In this document: positions 52,938 through 64,000 of the stretch, one piece after another
Position numbering within the stretch: the first letter of the stretch is position 1
Layout of the letters: each line of letters starts with the position of its first letter
Source: Octopus sinensis
Taxonomy: Eukaryota
Reading direction: 5' to 3'
DNA: 64,000 nt
Assembly (NCBI RefSeq): GCF_006345805.1
Contig: NW_021832998.1
Coordinates: 4,676-68,675 of the forward strand
Notes under the pieces: model-generated
Database searches by the model: none
What the model saw: the letters and a program-made list of their open reading frames with translations, nothing else
What the model was told of the DNA's origin: nothing
Translations under genes and position numbers: made by a program

Positions 52938-53143
52938 AATTTAAATAATCAGAAAATGGAGAAAATTTTTGATCAACAAACAAACAAATTGAATCACATT
53001 GGTAGATTGTGTTTTTTAATACAAAACGTGACATAACATAATATATGTCATGTTTTGTATTAAAAATACAATCAAACGATGTGGTTAAATTTATTTGTTG
53101 GTTGATCAAAAATTTTCCCTCTATTTTCTGATTATTTAAATTT
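52937..53143. repeat. Near-perfect ~100-bp-arm palindrome
   Basis: AAATTTAAATAATCAGAAAAT...ACAAAACGTGACATA / TATGTCATGTTTTGT...ATTTTCTGATTATTTAAATTT with a short loop. Confidence 0.85.
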
Positions 53144-54586
53144 CTTTCCTTATAAACTTTTGTTTATTCTATTGTTTCCTGTTCCCTATGAGGATATTAT
53201 TATTATTGTTCAGGTCTCTGCCTGGAATCGAACTCGGAATCTTAGGGTTAGTAGCCCGCGCTCTTAACCATTACGCCATATGCCCACGATCATATGTCCT
53301 GAAAATTAACAATAATAATAATAATAACATCGAACAATGTCTTAGGAATGAGAACCCAGGTTCGAAATTTCCCCAAGATTTTATTCTCGTTTGATATTGA
53401 TGATAATATATTCATAGAAAAATTTTTTATGTTTTATTTATAACATTTCGAAAAACACTTTCGTTTTTATTCTTTTGTGTTTTAACACTTTTATACACCT
53501 TTATAATAATTGTAATGTTTTGACCCAGAAAATAGCTTCTAGATAAAATTTCACTTTCATGAAGCTCTGGAAAACACCTACAAAATAACTCACCTGAGTT
53601 ATATCTTTATAATATCATAAGATCTTTAGTAATATTTTCTCCTGTTTGACCTGGAAACACCAACAAAACACTTTCAGTTTCATGTGGTTCAGGGAATCAA
53701 TAAGTGTCGACCACTCTTATTATTTTTATTGTACATTTTCATCAGATTGGAAGCAACGATCTTATTAAATAAGACTCTAATAAATTTGAATACATCTGTC
53801 CTCGTTTATCGATGATCTATTTATAGCTGATCTGGGATAACCCGGTACACTCAATTTTTGAACCATGCTACATTTATCAAGAACTGATCTGTGATAACAC
53901 GGGTTAGTAATGAGTCAAAGGTTCGTTGTCATAACATCTGTGGTTATCATTTTTTAAAATCATTTACTGATATCATATTATTAAATTTTACTCTAAAATA
54001 TTTTTCCAAACATCAAACAATATCATTATGTGTATTTAAAAACTGCTTGGCGATGTTATTCGAGTAAGTTATAGATGCAGGAGTGGCTGTGTGGTAAGTA
54101 GCTTGCTAACCAACCACATGGTTCTGGGTTCAGTCCCACTGCGTGGCATCTTGGGCAAGTGTCTTCTGCTATAGCCCCGGGCCGACCAATGCCTTGTGAG
54201 TGGATTTGGTAGACGGAAACTGAAAGTAGCCTGTCGTATATATGTATTTATATATATGTATGTGTGTGTGTGTTTGTGTGTCTGTGTTTGTCTCCCTAGC
54301 ATTGCTTGACAACCGATGCTGGTGTCCCCGTCACTTAGCGGTTCGGCAAAAGAGACCGATAGAATAAGTACTGGGCTTACAAAAAAGAGTAAGGCCCGGG
54401 GTCGATTTGCTCGACTAAAAAGGCGGTGCTCCAGCATGGCAGCAGTCAAATGACTGAAACAAGTAAAAGAGTATGCAACTCGGGGTTTCAAAACAAAACC
54501 TATTTCCCCACAGCTCTATTATTCACTTATTACCGATTCATTTAACACGGTGCTTTATTTTTGAACCAAACACCCGTGATAAACGA

Positions 54587-54646
<60 letters not shown>

Positions 54647-54944
54647 TGAATTCAATTAGTTGAAGGCTTTTATGCATCAAAATATTCATACATTAGAGGC
54701 GTGCCTTGCATATTTATATTAATTTTGTTTATAGTAACTTCGAAATTTCACTAAGCATCTTATTAACATTGTTTCTAAACCATTAAGCTAATTAATAATT
54801 CTTTCTCCTAATCACAGATGTCGTTTCAGTTAGCAAAATTAGAGAAGTGGGAGATTCTGCAAGTAGAAGTCGTTTCTGGTATTCTCGAACCTTATCTCTC
54901 ATCTCGAGAGGCAGAGATAATTTTAGCATATCAAGAATTTTTTT

Positions 54945-56110
54945 CTCATTATCCCGGCGTAGTGGAACTCTTTCGTTTGAGACTCCAAGAAAATTCCTAC
55001 AGCGTCTATGACGTCATTGTCACTGGCAAAATGGCGACCAGCCAGGGCTTTTTCCATTTTGGGGAATAGATGAAAGTCAGAGGGGGATAAGTCTGGCGAA
55101 TAAGGCGGATGGGGAACAAGTTCGTATCCACAATCACGAATTGTTGCCATGGCAACCACTGAGGTGTGGGCTGGAGCATTGTCGTGATGAAAAAGGTGAG
55201 CGGTCCCGGCTTTTGTTCTTTGATTGCTTCTCGGAAGCGTTTCGGTAGCTGAGAATAATACAGCCCTCTCAGGGTGTGACCCATTTCAAGATTATCGATC
55301 AGCAAGACACCTTGAGAATCCCCAAAAAACTGACGTCATGACCTTGCCAGCTGAAGGAATGACCCTGACCTTCTTTGTGGATAGGAGAATATGTGTGCTT
55401 CTACTGTTTTGATTGTTCTTTGGTTTCAGGCTGGTAGTGATGAACCCAACTTTCGTCCATAGTAATGAAACGAGCAAGGAAATTCTCTTCATCGGCTTCA
55501 AACAGTTCCAGTTTGCTCGTGGACAAAGTGCACCTGGTGCGTTTCCGTTCAGGAGTCAAACGGCGAGGGACCCACCTTGCAGAAACCTTTGAGAACCCAA
55601 GTTCTTTTGTCACAATGTTCTCTGCTCTTTCGGTTGATATGCCAAGTCTCTCGGCTATCTGACGTCATGATATTCGACGATCTTGCATTATCATGCCAAG
55701 ATCAAGGTCAAGGTTATCCTTGGTGGTTGCAGCTGGAGGTCTCCATGGTCCGGGATCATCTTCCACACTCTCCCTGCCACGCTGGAATTCATTTACCCAG
55801 CGTTTAACTGTTGCATTTGAAAGAGCATTGTCTGTTAAGTTTCCCACCATATCTTCATGGATTTCTGATGGAGTCATGCCTTTCAAATGAAGGTACTTTA
55901 TAACAGCACGATACTCAGTTTTTTCCATTTTCCTTGTAACCTCGACACTTGTTTATTCAAAAATCTGCAAAAAAAAAAAAAAAAAAAAATATCAGAATCA
56001 TGAAAATGAGCAAGAATACTCCGAAAAGACTGTACTTACCAGAAAAAATTGTTTCAGCTACCTAGCAGCCCAGTTTCTAGGTTAGGCTCAAAACGTTTCA
56101 TACACCCCTC

Positions 56111-56112
<2 letters not shown>
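54945..56112 (-). mobile_element. Decayed mariner (DD34D) transposon, 3' end missing
   Basis: MEKTEYRAVIKYLHLKG..., WVPRRLT, ITMDESWVHHY, HDNAPAH and HPPYSPDLSPSDFHLF are spread over several frames with stops. The 5' TIR ACGAGGGGTGTATGAAACG lies next to (TA)n. Confidence 0.93.
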
Positions 56113-56144
<32 letters not shown>

Positions 56145-56690
56145 TACAGAATCGTTAACACGTCGGGTAAAATGCGTCTATCGTTACATTGAGTTTAAAT
56201 TGCGCCAAGCTCGACTTTACCTTTCATACTTTTGGGTCAATAAATAAGTACCACTTAAGTACGCAGTGGGGTCGATGTAATCGAATAGATCCGTCCGCCA
56301 AAATTTCAGGCTTCGTGCCTATAGTGGAAAGGAATATATGCAAGATAGATAAAGCGGCGAGCTGGCATAACCGTTAACACAGGCATTTCACCTGTCTTTA
56401 CGTTCTGAGTTCAAATTCAGCCGAGGTCGACTTTGCCTTTCATCCTTTCTGGGGTCGATAAATTAAGTACCATTTACATACTGGGGTCAATCTAATCGAC
56501 TGGAGCCCTTCCCCAAAATTTCGGGCCTTGTGCCGAGAGTAGAAAAGAATATATACTAAATAGACTAGGATATCTGTCTTAAGCTGTTTCACTTCCTTTT
56601 TTCTTTTCAGCAATGCACAGAGAACGACATCAACGGTGAAACTTTTGCGGTATTAAACACGGTGAATATCCTTTTGACCTGAACAAGAAT

Positions 56691-56721
<31 letters not shown>

Positions 56722-57083
56722 GAAAACGATAGAATGACATCTTTTCGGCACGACAAGCCATGGATGGCTGTCAAACAACCAGAGACATGTAAAACAAAAC
56801 AAATAATCTACATACACACACACACACACACATGTATACACACATGCATATATATATGTATGCACACACACACAAACATACACACGCATACATACATGCA
56901 TACACACACACATATATATATGCACACAGAAACACACGCACAAAGGCGCGCGCACACACGCATGCACACAACAACAACAACAGCAACTAATAAACTTTCA
57001 CGAATGAAAGCAAGAACACAACGTGTTTTTATTATTATATATTATTAGTAGTAGTAGTACTCTCTTCTTGTGGTATGTACATC

Positions 57084-57119
<36 letters not shown>

Positions 57120-57194
57120 ATATATATATTATATAATAGTATATATATATAAATATATAAAATCATTATAAATAATACACACACACACACACAC

Positions 57195-57237
<43 letters not shown>

Positions 57238-57994
57238 GCCCACATGCTTACTCATACATTATATATGTTTGTGTGTGTGTATTTAGCTGTACACATTTTC
57301 AGCGGTAATTGCATCAGAAATGTCATAAATACCTGTCGTTGATTTACTGCTGAATGTATAAGAAACTGCGCACTACCTGCATCAGGTGAAGGTGTTTACA
57401 AACGTTATTTGATCTGCCAGAACTGAGAGAGAAAAAAAATGTATATACTAAAAAAAAAAAATACAACAACAGCAAAAAAACCCTTGGAAAGTATAATAGA
57501 TGATGCAATCAAGTTATTTCGAAGTGAAAAGTTTAATTATATTTTATAGATTAGTAGTATAGGGTCATAGAATGGCCCCAGAGAATAATGGTTAAGATCC
57601 TTTAAATCTAGCTCAGTACACGAGTCTTATGTCTTATATTAGTCAATGATTATAAGGAAGACATAGAGAATAGTGGGAATCGAATTTGTTAACTCAGTCT
57701 CCAGTGCATGACTGGTACTACATTGTCAGTGAAAGGACATAGAGAAGGAGAACTGGAACCTGTTAAGTATATCCCAAGTACGTGACTACTGCCTGTTATG
57801 TCAGATATTAATACATTGTCCTGGACATGACTTTAAGCTACATTCAGTATTGGAGTAGTGGGGTCCCAATTCGGGAGTTCGAGGGTTTTGAGGAGGGTGG
57901 AGCTACCTCTTAGCCACTATTGTTTCAGGTTTCCTCTGGCCCCGAGTTGTAGCCCTTGTCAAGGCTCCAACTATGGGTTAATTAGCATGTAATT

Positions 57995-58246
57995 CCTGTG
58001 TCCTCGAGAGTTTGCCTTAAGAAGAAAGCCATTCACAGATATTCTAACGAGCGCAGAGCAGGTGAGGCCCTTCAGCTCTTTAACTATCCGTCGGATATCC
58101 TATTTTTAATGGAACAACCACACACTTCCATCGTTTCATGTGCTCACTCCATGCTGCCTTCTCATAGTACCGTCAATCTGAAAGGTAACTTTTTTCGTCA
58201 GATAAGGCCCTAACGTCAGGGCGTGGCAAACTCTCGAGGACACAGG
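57995..58246. mobile_element. MITE with perfect 22-bp TIRs and AATT flanks (Sola1-like by target, tentative)
   Basis: AATT|CCTGTGTCCTCGAGAGTTTGCC ... GGCAAACTCTCGAGGACACAGG|AATT. Confidence 0.75.
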
Positions 58247-58306
58247 AATTTTCCTCAAATCTACTTGCACCTTTGCAGTCATTAGTAACATGTTAACTGT
58301 TTGATA

Positions 58307-58518
58307 CCGTATTTTCCGGTATACAAATCAAATTTTTCAGACTAAAATCCACAGCCAAAGAATAAAATAGGGGTCAACTTATACACCAAAACGACTTTGG
58401 AAGACCAGACAAACCGTGTGAAATGCAACAGAATTTGGAAAGATTGTGACGACATTTGAATGTTTACTCAAAACGTTTACACTGCGTACCAAGTCGATTT
58501 GTATACCAGAAAATACAG
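58307..58518. mobile_element. Tc2/pogo-like MITE with TA TSD
   Basis: TA|CCGTATTTTCCGGTATACAAATC ... GATTTGTATACCAGAAAATACAG|TA. Confidence 0.8.
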
Positions 58519-59472
58519 TATGGGCCTTCTTTTGTTCATGCTCCTGTGTTCTTGTTATACACTCTTCTTGGTGCATCTTGGTGTCAATTCTCATTGCACT
58601 GGCTCTGTTGCTGCATAGCTGTTTCAGCGTATCCACGCAAAAGACACTCGATACTTGGTTATGACGCCATGTTTAACCTGCAAGGAGTGAGGGCGCGTGG
58701 CTTAGTGGTTAGGGCATTCGGCTCATGATCGTAAGGTTGTGAGTTCGATTCCCGGCGACGCGTTGTGTCCTTGAGCAAGACACTTTATTTCCACGTTGCT
58801 GCTCCAGTCCACTCAGTGGCAAAATGAGTTGTACTTGTATTTTCAAGAGTCAGCCTTGTCACTCTCTCTGTGTCACGCTGATTATCCCCAGAACTACGTT
58901 AAGGGTACACGTGTCTGTGGAATGCTCAGCCATTGCACGTTAATTCACGAGCAAGCTGTTTTCCGTTGATCGTATCAGCTGGGACCCTCGTCGTCGTAAC
59001 CGGCGGAGTCTTTAAACCTGCAAGGATGACTTATTTTCTGTTATAACATGCTTCAACGGCGCATAACCTCTACACTGATGATAATCAGTAGAACCACATA
59101 AAATTCACGTCTAATATTGACCAGAGATAAAAGTACATTATATATATATATTCTTTTATTCTTTTATTTGTTTCAGTCATTTGACTGCGGCTATGCTGCT
59201 GGAGCACCGCCTTTAGTCGAACAAATCGACCCCAGGACTTATTGTTTGTAAGCTTAGTACATGTTCTATCGGTCACTTTTGCGAAACGCTATACATGTGT
59301 ACACACACACACACACACATACACACACACACACGCACGCACACACACACACACACACACACACAGATAAAATAAAATACAAAATAGGACAGTTCTTGAC
59401 CCTTTTGTATTTTATTTTATACATATATATAACACACACAAACACACACATATATGCGCGCGTGTGTGTGAG

Positions 59473-59675
59473 TATGAGGAGGTGCTGAAAAGTTTCTGGC
59501 TTTGGGTAAAAAAAAGATACAAAAGAATCAGCTTTGATTTTATTCAACAAATTCCCCTTTCAGACAGATTCACGCGCTTATTGCATCGGCTCGTAAAAGA
59601 ACGTGGATAACCGGGTCTCCAACCAAGCCTTTCGCGATATCCTTAAAGTTAGGAACTCTTCAGACCCCACCTTGT
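59473..59675. mobile_element. mariner-type MITE
   Basis: TATGAGGAGGTGCTGAAAAGTTTCTGGCTTT and AAAGTTAGGAACTCTTCAGACCCCACCTTG form imperfect mariner-like TIRs. Confidence 0.6.
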
Positions 59676-60029
59676 GTGTTGTGTGTGTTTATATATAATA
59701 TCTGATATATATATAGTACAAAGTGAGATAGGGGTTATGAGAGTAACCCACTATGGGATATCAGTTATCCAAGGCTGAAACAGCTGTAAGATCCATTTTA
59801 TATGTAATATTTTTATGGTATTATCTTACTTATTGATGTATATTGTTTTTACTCTGTTTTATTCTGTTGGATTTGGATGTTCCTATTTAATTAGTTAATA
59901 ATTAATTGAACTGGTATTATCTGTAAGTTGATGATTGAAAGGAATCTGTTCCTCCATATTCTTATATATACTATATATATAATATATATATATATATATT
60001 ATATATATATATAATATATATATATATAT

Positions 60030-60410
60030 ATCTGTAAATTATATATGACAATTATTCAATAGCCGAGATAAACTATGAGTTTCGGATGCCGAGGTGAAAT
60101 ATCAACACCATCTCTTCGGTTATCAGATCTAAAGCTTATGTTATCCTTTCATACTTTTATGGAATCAGTTTAATGGTTTAAAATGAATTGGGCCGTTGGT
60201 TTTTTGTTTCAGTACAATCAGTGGTTTGTATTCACCTCAGATTCCGTTTGCTTTCTATTGGTGCTGTACATTAGATTCCAAACTTAATGATATTTATTGC
60301 AGTGCAACATGGCGATAACTGAAAGATGGTGTTGTGGATTCCCACTCGCATCCGAAACTCAGAGTTTTAATCTTGGTATTGAATAATTGTCACATATTAC
60401 TTTACAGATA
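60030..60410. mobile_element. Penelope-like inverted module with two degenerate hammerhead motifs (60067-60124 minus; 60314-60372 plus) within (TA)n
   Basis: Arms 60030-60125 and 60313-60410 are inverted. Motif GAUAA-C(C/U)GAAGA-GAUG...CAUCC-GAAACUCA.AGUU. Confidence 0.7.
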
Positions 60411-60489
60411 AGTTTCCTCCTCTATTTACATAGATGAGGTCGCTTTCTTTCTTTTGTTACTTACACCGTTTTTAAATGATAATATATAT

Positions 60490-60532
<43 letters not shown>

Positions 60533-60590
60533 TATATTATATACCGTATATATATATTATATATATATATATTATATATATATATAATAT

Positions 60591-60638
<48 letters not shown>

Positions 60639-62589
60639 TTCTTGGGAATGATCCTCTGTAAAGACATCGGAGTCTAAGTTTGTATCTTTTGAGCACTACC
60701 AAGCGTCGTCTATACGGAGAATCTCAGGGTCTCATCTGTGAACTACACACGCTCGCACACATACAGGCACGCACATACGTGCACGCGCACACACTCACAC
60801 ACACACGCACATATATATAGTGTATGTATGTATACTCTCTCCACCACCCCCACACACTCACACTCACACGTTTAAGCATGTATCTTGGTATAATTAGACT
60901 GACTCTGCCGAAGGGGACTTCCTACATGATGTGGCCCGGAATGGTAAATAAGACGAGGAACCGTGTGTTTCAGTTATGCACCCTCACTTCCTCAGCCCCC
61001 TTCTTGTATCTGACACGTGGTACACTGTGCACGAGTTCAGATAACAGGATCAGGAGGAGGAGGGAGTGGGGCAGGTTGTGCACAAACTTACTCGACTTAA
61101 AACACCAAATTCTTTGTGAACGCTGTAGAGTAACAGGACTTTTTTATTTTGGGTACTGAACGTTCATACAGCGTTCACGACAGGTGACTCCATCATTATA
61201 TATTATAATATATATATATATATTATATATATTTATAATAATATATAGGGGAGTTATTATATCTATATATATAGATATGAATGTATACTATATACATATA
61301 TATATTATATATATATAGTATATATATATTATATATATACTATATATATAATATAAATAGTTTATAAGTATATATGTATATATAAGTATATATAATTATA
61401 AGTCATATGTATTATATGCATTAATTACACATATATATATATAACACACACACAATATATAGTAAGATGTATATTTATATTTATACCACCACACACATAT
61501 ATATACATATTTAAGTATACATATTAAGTATATGTATATATAGCGTATATATAATATATATATATATAATTTATATATATATATTATATATATACTCCAC
61601 AACACACAACACACACACACACATATATATCTACACACATATACATACCAACCATATATATTATATACATGCGAATACACAAATACATACTCATATATAT
61701 ATATACAGATACATACATATATACATATATACATATATAATAAACACAAATACACACACACACACACATATTCATTTGTATACAGAAGGAGGTAGAGATA
61801 GGCAGAGATAAAAAGATATTGAGATAGATAAATATAGATATAGATATAAATAGAAAGTAAAAAACAACAAAAGGTAGAAAGATAGACAGACAGATAGATA
61901 GACAGACAGATAGATGGATAGATAGATAGATGGATAGATAGATAAAGATATAAAGAGAGTGGGGAACCTGGGGCTGCATAATGTTGGTGGTTTCCATTTT
62001 GCTAGTAGTGACGTAACACAAGTGAAATGATATAAGGAGAGGATTGAAGCTGCGTAGCGCTTCTATACGCTTTACGTAAAAAAAAACCTTGACATTCATG
62101 CAGAGTTTCACATTAGAAGTGGAATTTCTCTGTGTAATTTGAGCCTCTAATAGAGATACCCGTTCTAAATACTCTCAGAATAAAGGTAATATAAACCTAG
62201 GTATGTAAGATCTTAGGTGTTGCTGTATACTGCGTGACAGCAGAGTTAAAATACGTCATATCATAAATATTTTTCTACAGTAAGACACTAGAGAGGAAGA
62301 ACGTTGTATCATATATATGGCTTAGTATCAATTGTTCTTAGTCTTGGTAGTTGCGCCCCTTGAATCGTTGTGAACTCAGAAGCAGGCACAATGGAAACAC
62401 CGGCTGTTTAGAGAGGTCATGACTTATTCCTAGAAATAAAATATCTAAAACTGGTATTATAATTTTGAACACATTAACAAAAAAATTAGTTGTCAGAATT
62501 GGAAAAGGAATTAGATGTCTCGTTATTAGGGAGCAGAAACTTAACTGAGTGACGTACCAAGGTCAAATGCAATTTCGTCTCCTTTTTAA

Positions 62590-63077
62590 CCTTTCGTTAA
62601 AAGTTATGTAACTTTTACATTTCTTATTTAAATGATTTTATATCTCATGATTTTTATTGTCAATTGTTTATGTATGCACATATAAATTTTGACTTAAAAA
62701 CTTCCAGTCTTATGGATGTTATAGCATAAAATATGATCATTGGGGTCTAACTGGGCCCCATTGGCCCTCTGTGAAATTATTTTTTTCTGTTCTTTTTTCA
62801 GATATTCTGATGATCAAAAACCACATTTCTTCGTATTTGTACTTGTATGAATCGATATATATTTTTTTCTTTTTTTTTTAAAATTTTATATTTAGTGCTA
62901 TATGTATAGTCTATAGAACTAAAAAAAAGTACCAAATTTCTTGTTCTGAATCATGCACTACACAATATATACTAAATTTAAAAAAACATACTTTATGGAT
63001 AGTGCGGAAATAGGCAAAAATAAAAGGGGACCCCAATGACCATTTGTGTAACTCCAGCCCCGCCGGCCCACGAAGGG
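62590..63077. mobile_element. Putative piggyBac-type non-autonomous element
   Basis: TTAA|CCTTTCGT ... ACGAAGGG|TTAA, with internal inverted CATTGGGGTC/GACCCCAATG motifs. Confidence 0.55.
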
Positions 63078-63266
63078 TTAATAATAGTGGTTTCAAAGTT
63101 TGGTACAAGGACAGCAGTTTTTAGCAGATGGGAAGGATGGCTTCCCTTTGCAAATACTGATAGGGCACAGGTAGTGTGTCAATAGCCAGCTGGAGGAGAT
63201 GTCTTCCTGGGGCTACAAGCTACAGTAACATCGACCCTTAAGGGTTAGCCACATTTAGGTGGCATA

Positions 63267-63307
<41 letters not shown>

Positions 63308-64000
63308 CACTGCGAAAATCAATTAAATAGAAATGAAAATTAAAAAGTTTTTTCTTCCTGTGCAGCCCGGTATCAAAAGGTTCATGGTTTGGTTCTAGCC
63401 TGAAGTCTGGTAACGGGGTCCTTGCTTTATTGGCTATCTTCTGTCCACTATTTCGTTTGCTATCGTTATTGAATACCTTGGTTTCTCTGTAATCCAATTT
63501 TCTAGCAAAACAGTCGTTCCTTAATAATTTCATATTCTAGGAAAATATTTTCCTCATTTTTGCGAAGGAAACTACTTTTAACTACATTGTTCTAATGGCA
63601 AATCATTTCACTTTCATGGAAAAGAAGGTAGCAGAACAGCAAATTACAAGAATTACAAGAAGCAATTTAGCTTCTTGTAATTCTTTCAGCATAGCAGCAA
63701 GCTCGCAGAACTCTGTTAGCGAATCGGCATGTATTTCGTTTCATTACGTTTTGCGTTCAAATTCCACCTGAGTCAACCTTTCTTTCATCTCTTCGAGATC
63801 GATAAAATGAATATTTATCGAGCACTGGAGGGTCGATGTAGTCGACTTAACCGCCTCTAAAATTGCTAGACTTGTACCCAAAATCATTTTCGTTTTGCGT
63901 TTATTCTTTTATTCTTTTATACGTTTCATCCCAAAACCTGTGGTCATGCTGGATCACCGTTTCTGTAAATTTTTTGTTGCAATTAAAATTTTATTCACTC

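Noticed and set aside
54923-55928. Functional or domesticated (SETMAR-like) transposase
   Set aside because: Multiple stops and frameshifts, a missing C-terminus and 3' TIR, and no SET domain.
59735-59795. Hammerhead-like GAAACAGCTGTA palindrome
   Set aside because: No intact CUGAnGA box or stem I could be identified upstream.

Overview
AT-rich, repeat-saturated animal genomic DNA. The SINE families, (TA)n/(TAA)n/(CA)n microsatellites and LINE remnants suggest a coleoid cephalopod, probably Octopus (inference from family recognition, not a search). Almost all ORFs in the supplied track are microsatellite or SINE artefacts. The one recognisable host gene is a 3-coding-exon C3orf38-like gene on the + strand. 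It is present twice in a ~14.9-kb tandem duplication (1-14350 vs 14871-27610), followed by rearranged partial third copies. Both copies share an in-frame TAG early in the last exon, while their N-terminal exons differ almost only by amino-acid-changing substitutions. The rest is mobile DNA: five tRNA-SINE families, RTE, CR1-like and R4/Dong LINE fragments, non-autonomous Helitrons, a decayed mariner, several MITEs and a tRNA-Ile pseudogene. There are also about a dozen minimal type-I hammerhead-ribozyme motifs in short Penelope-like modules, mostly inside microsatellites and often in inverted pairs. All alignments and counts were done by eye; TE boundaries are approximate.
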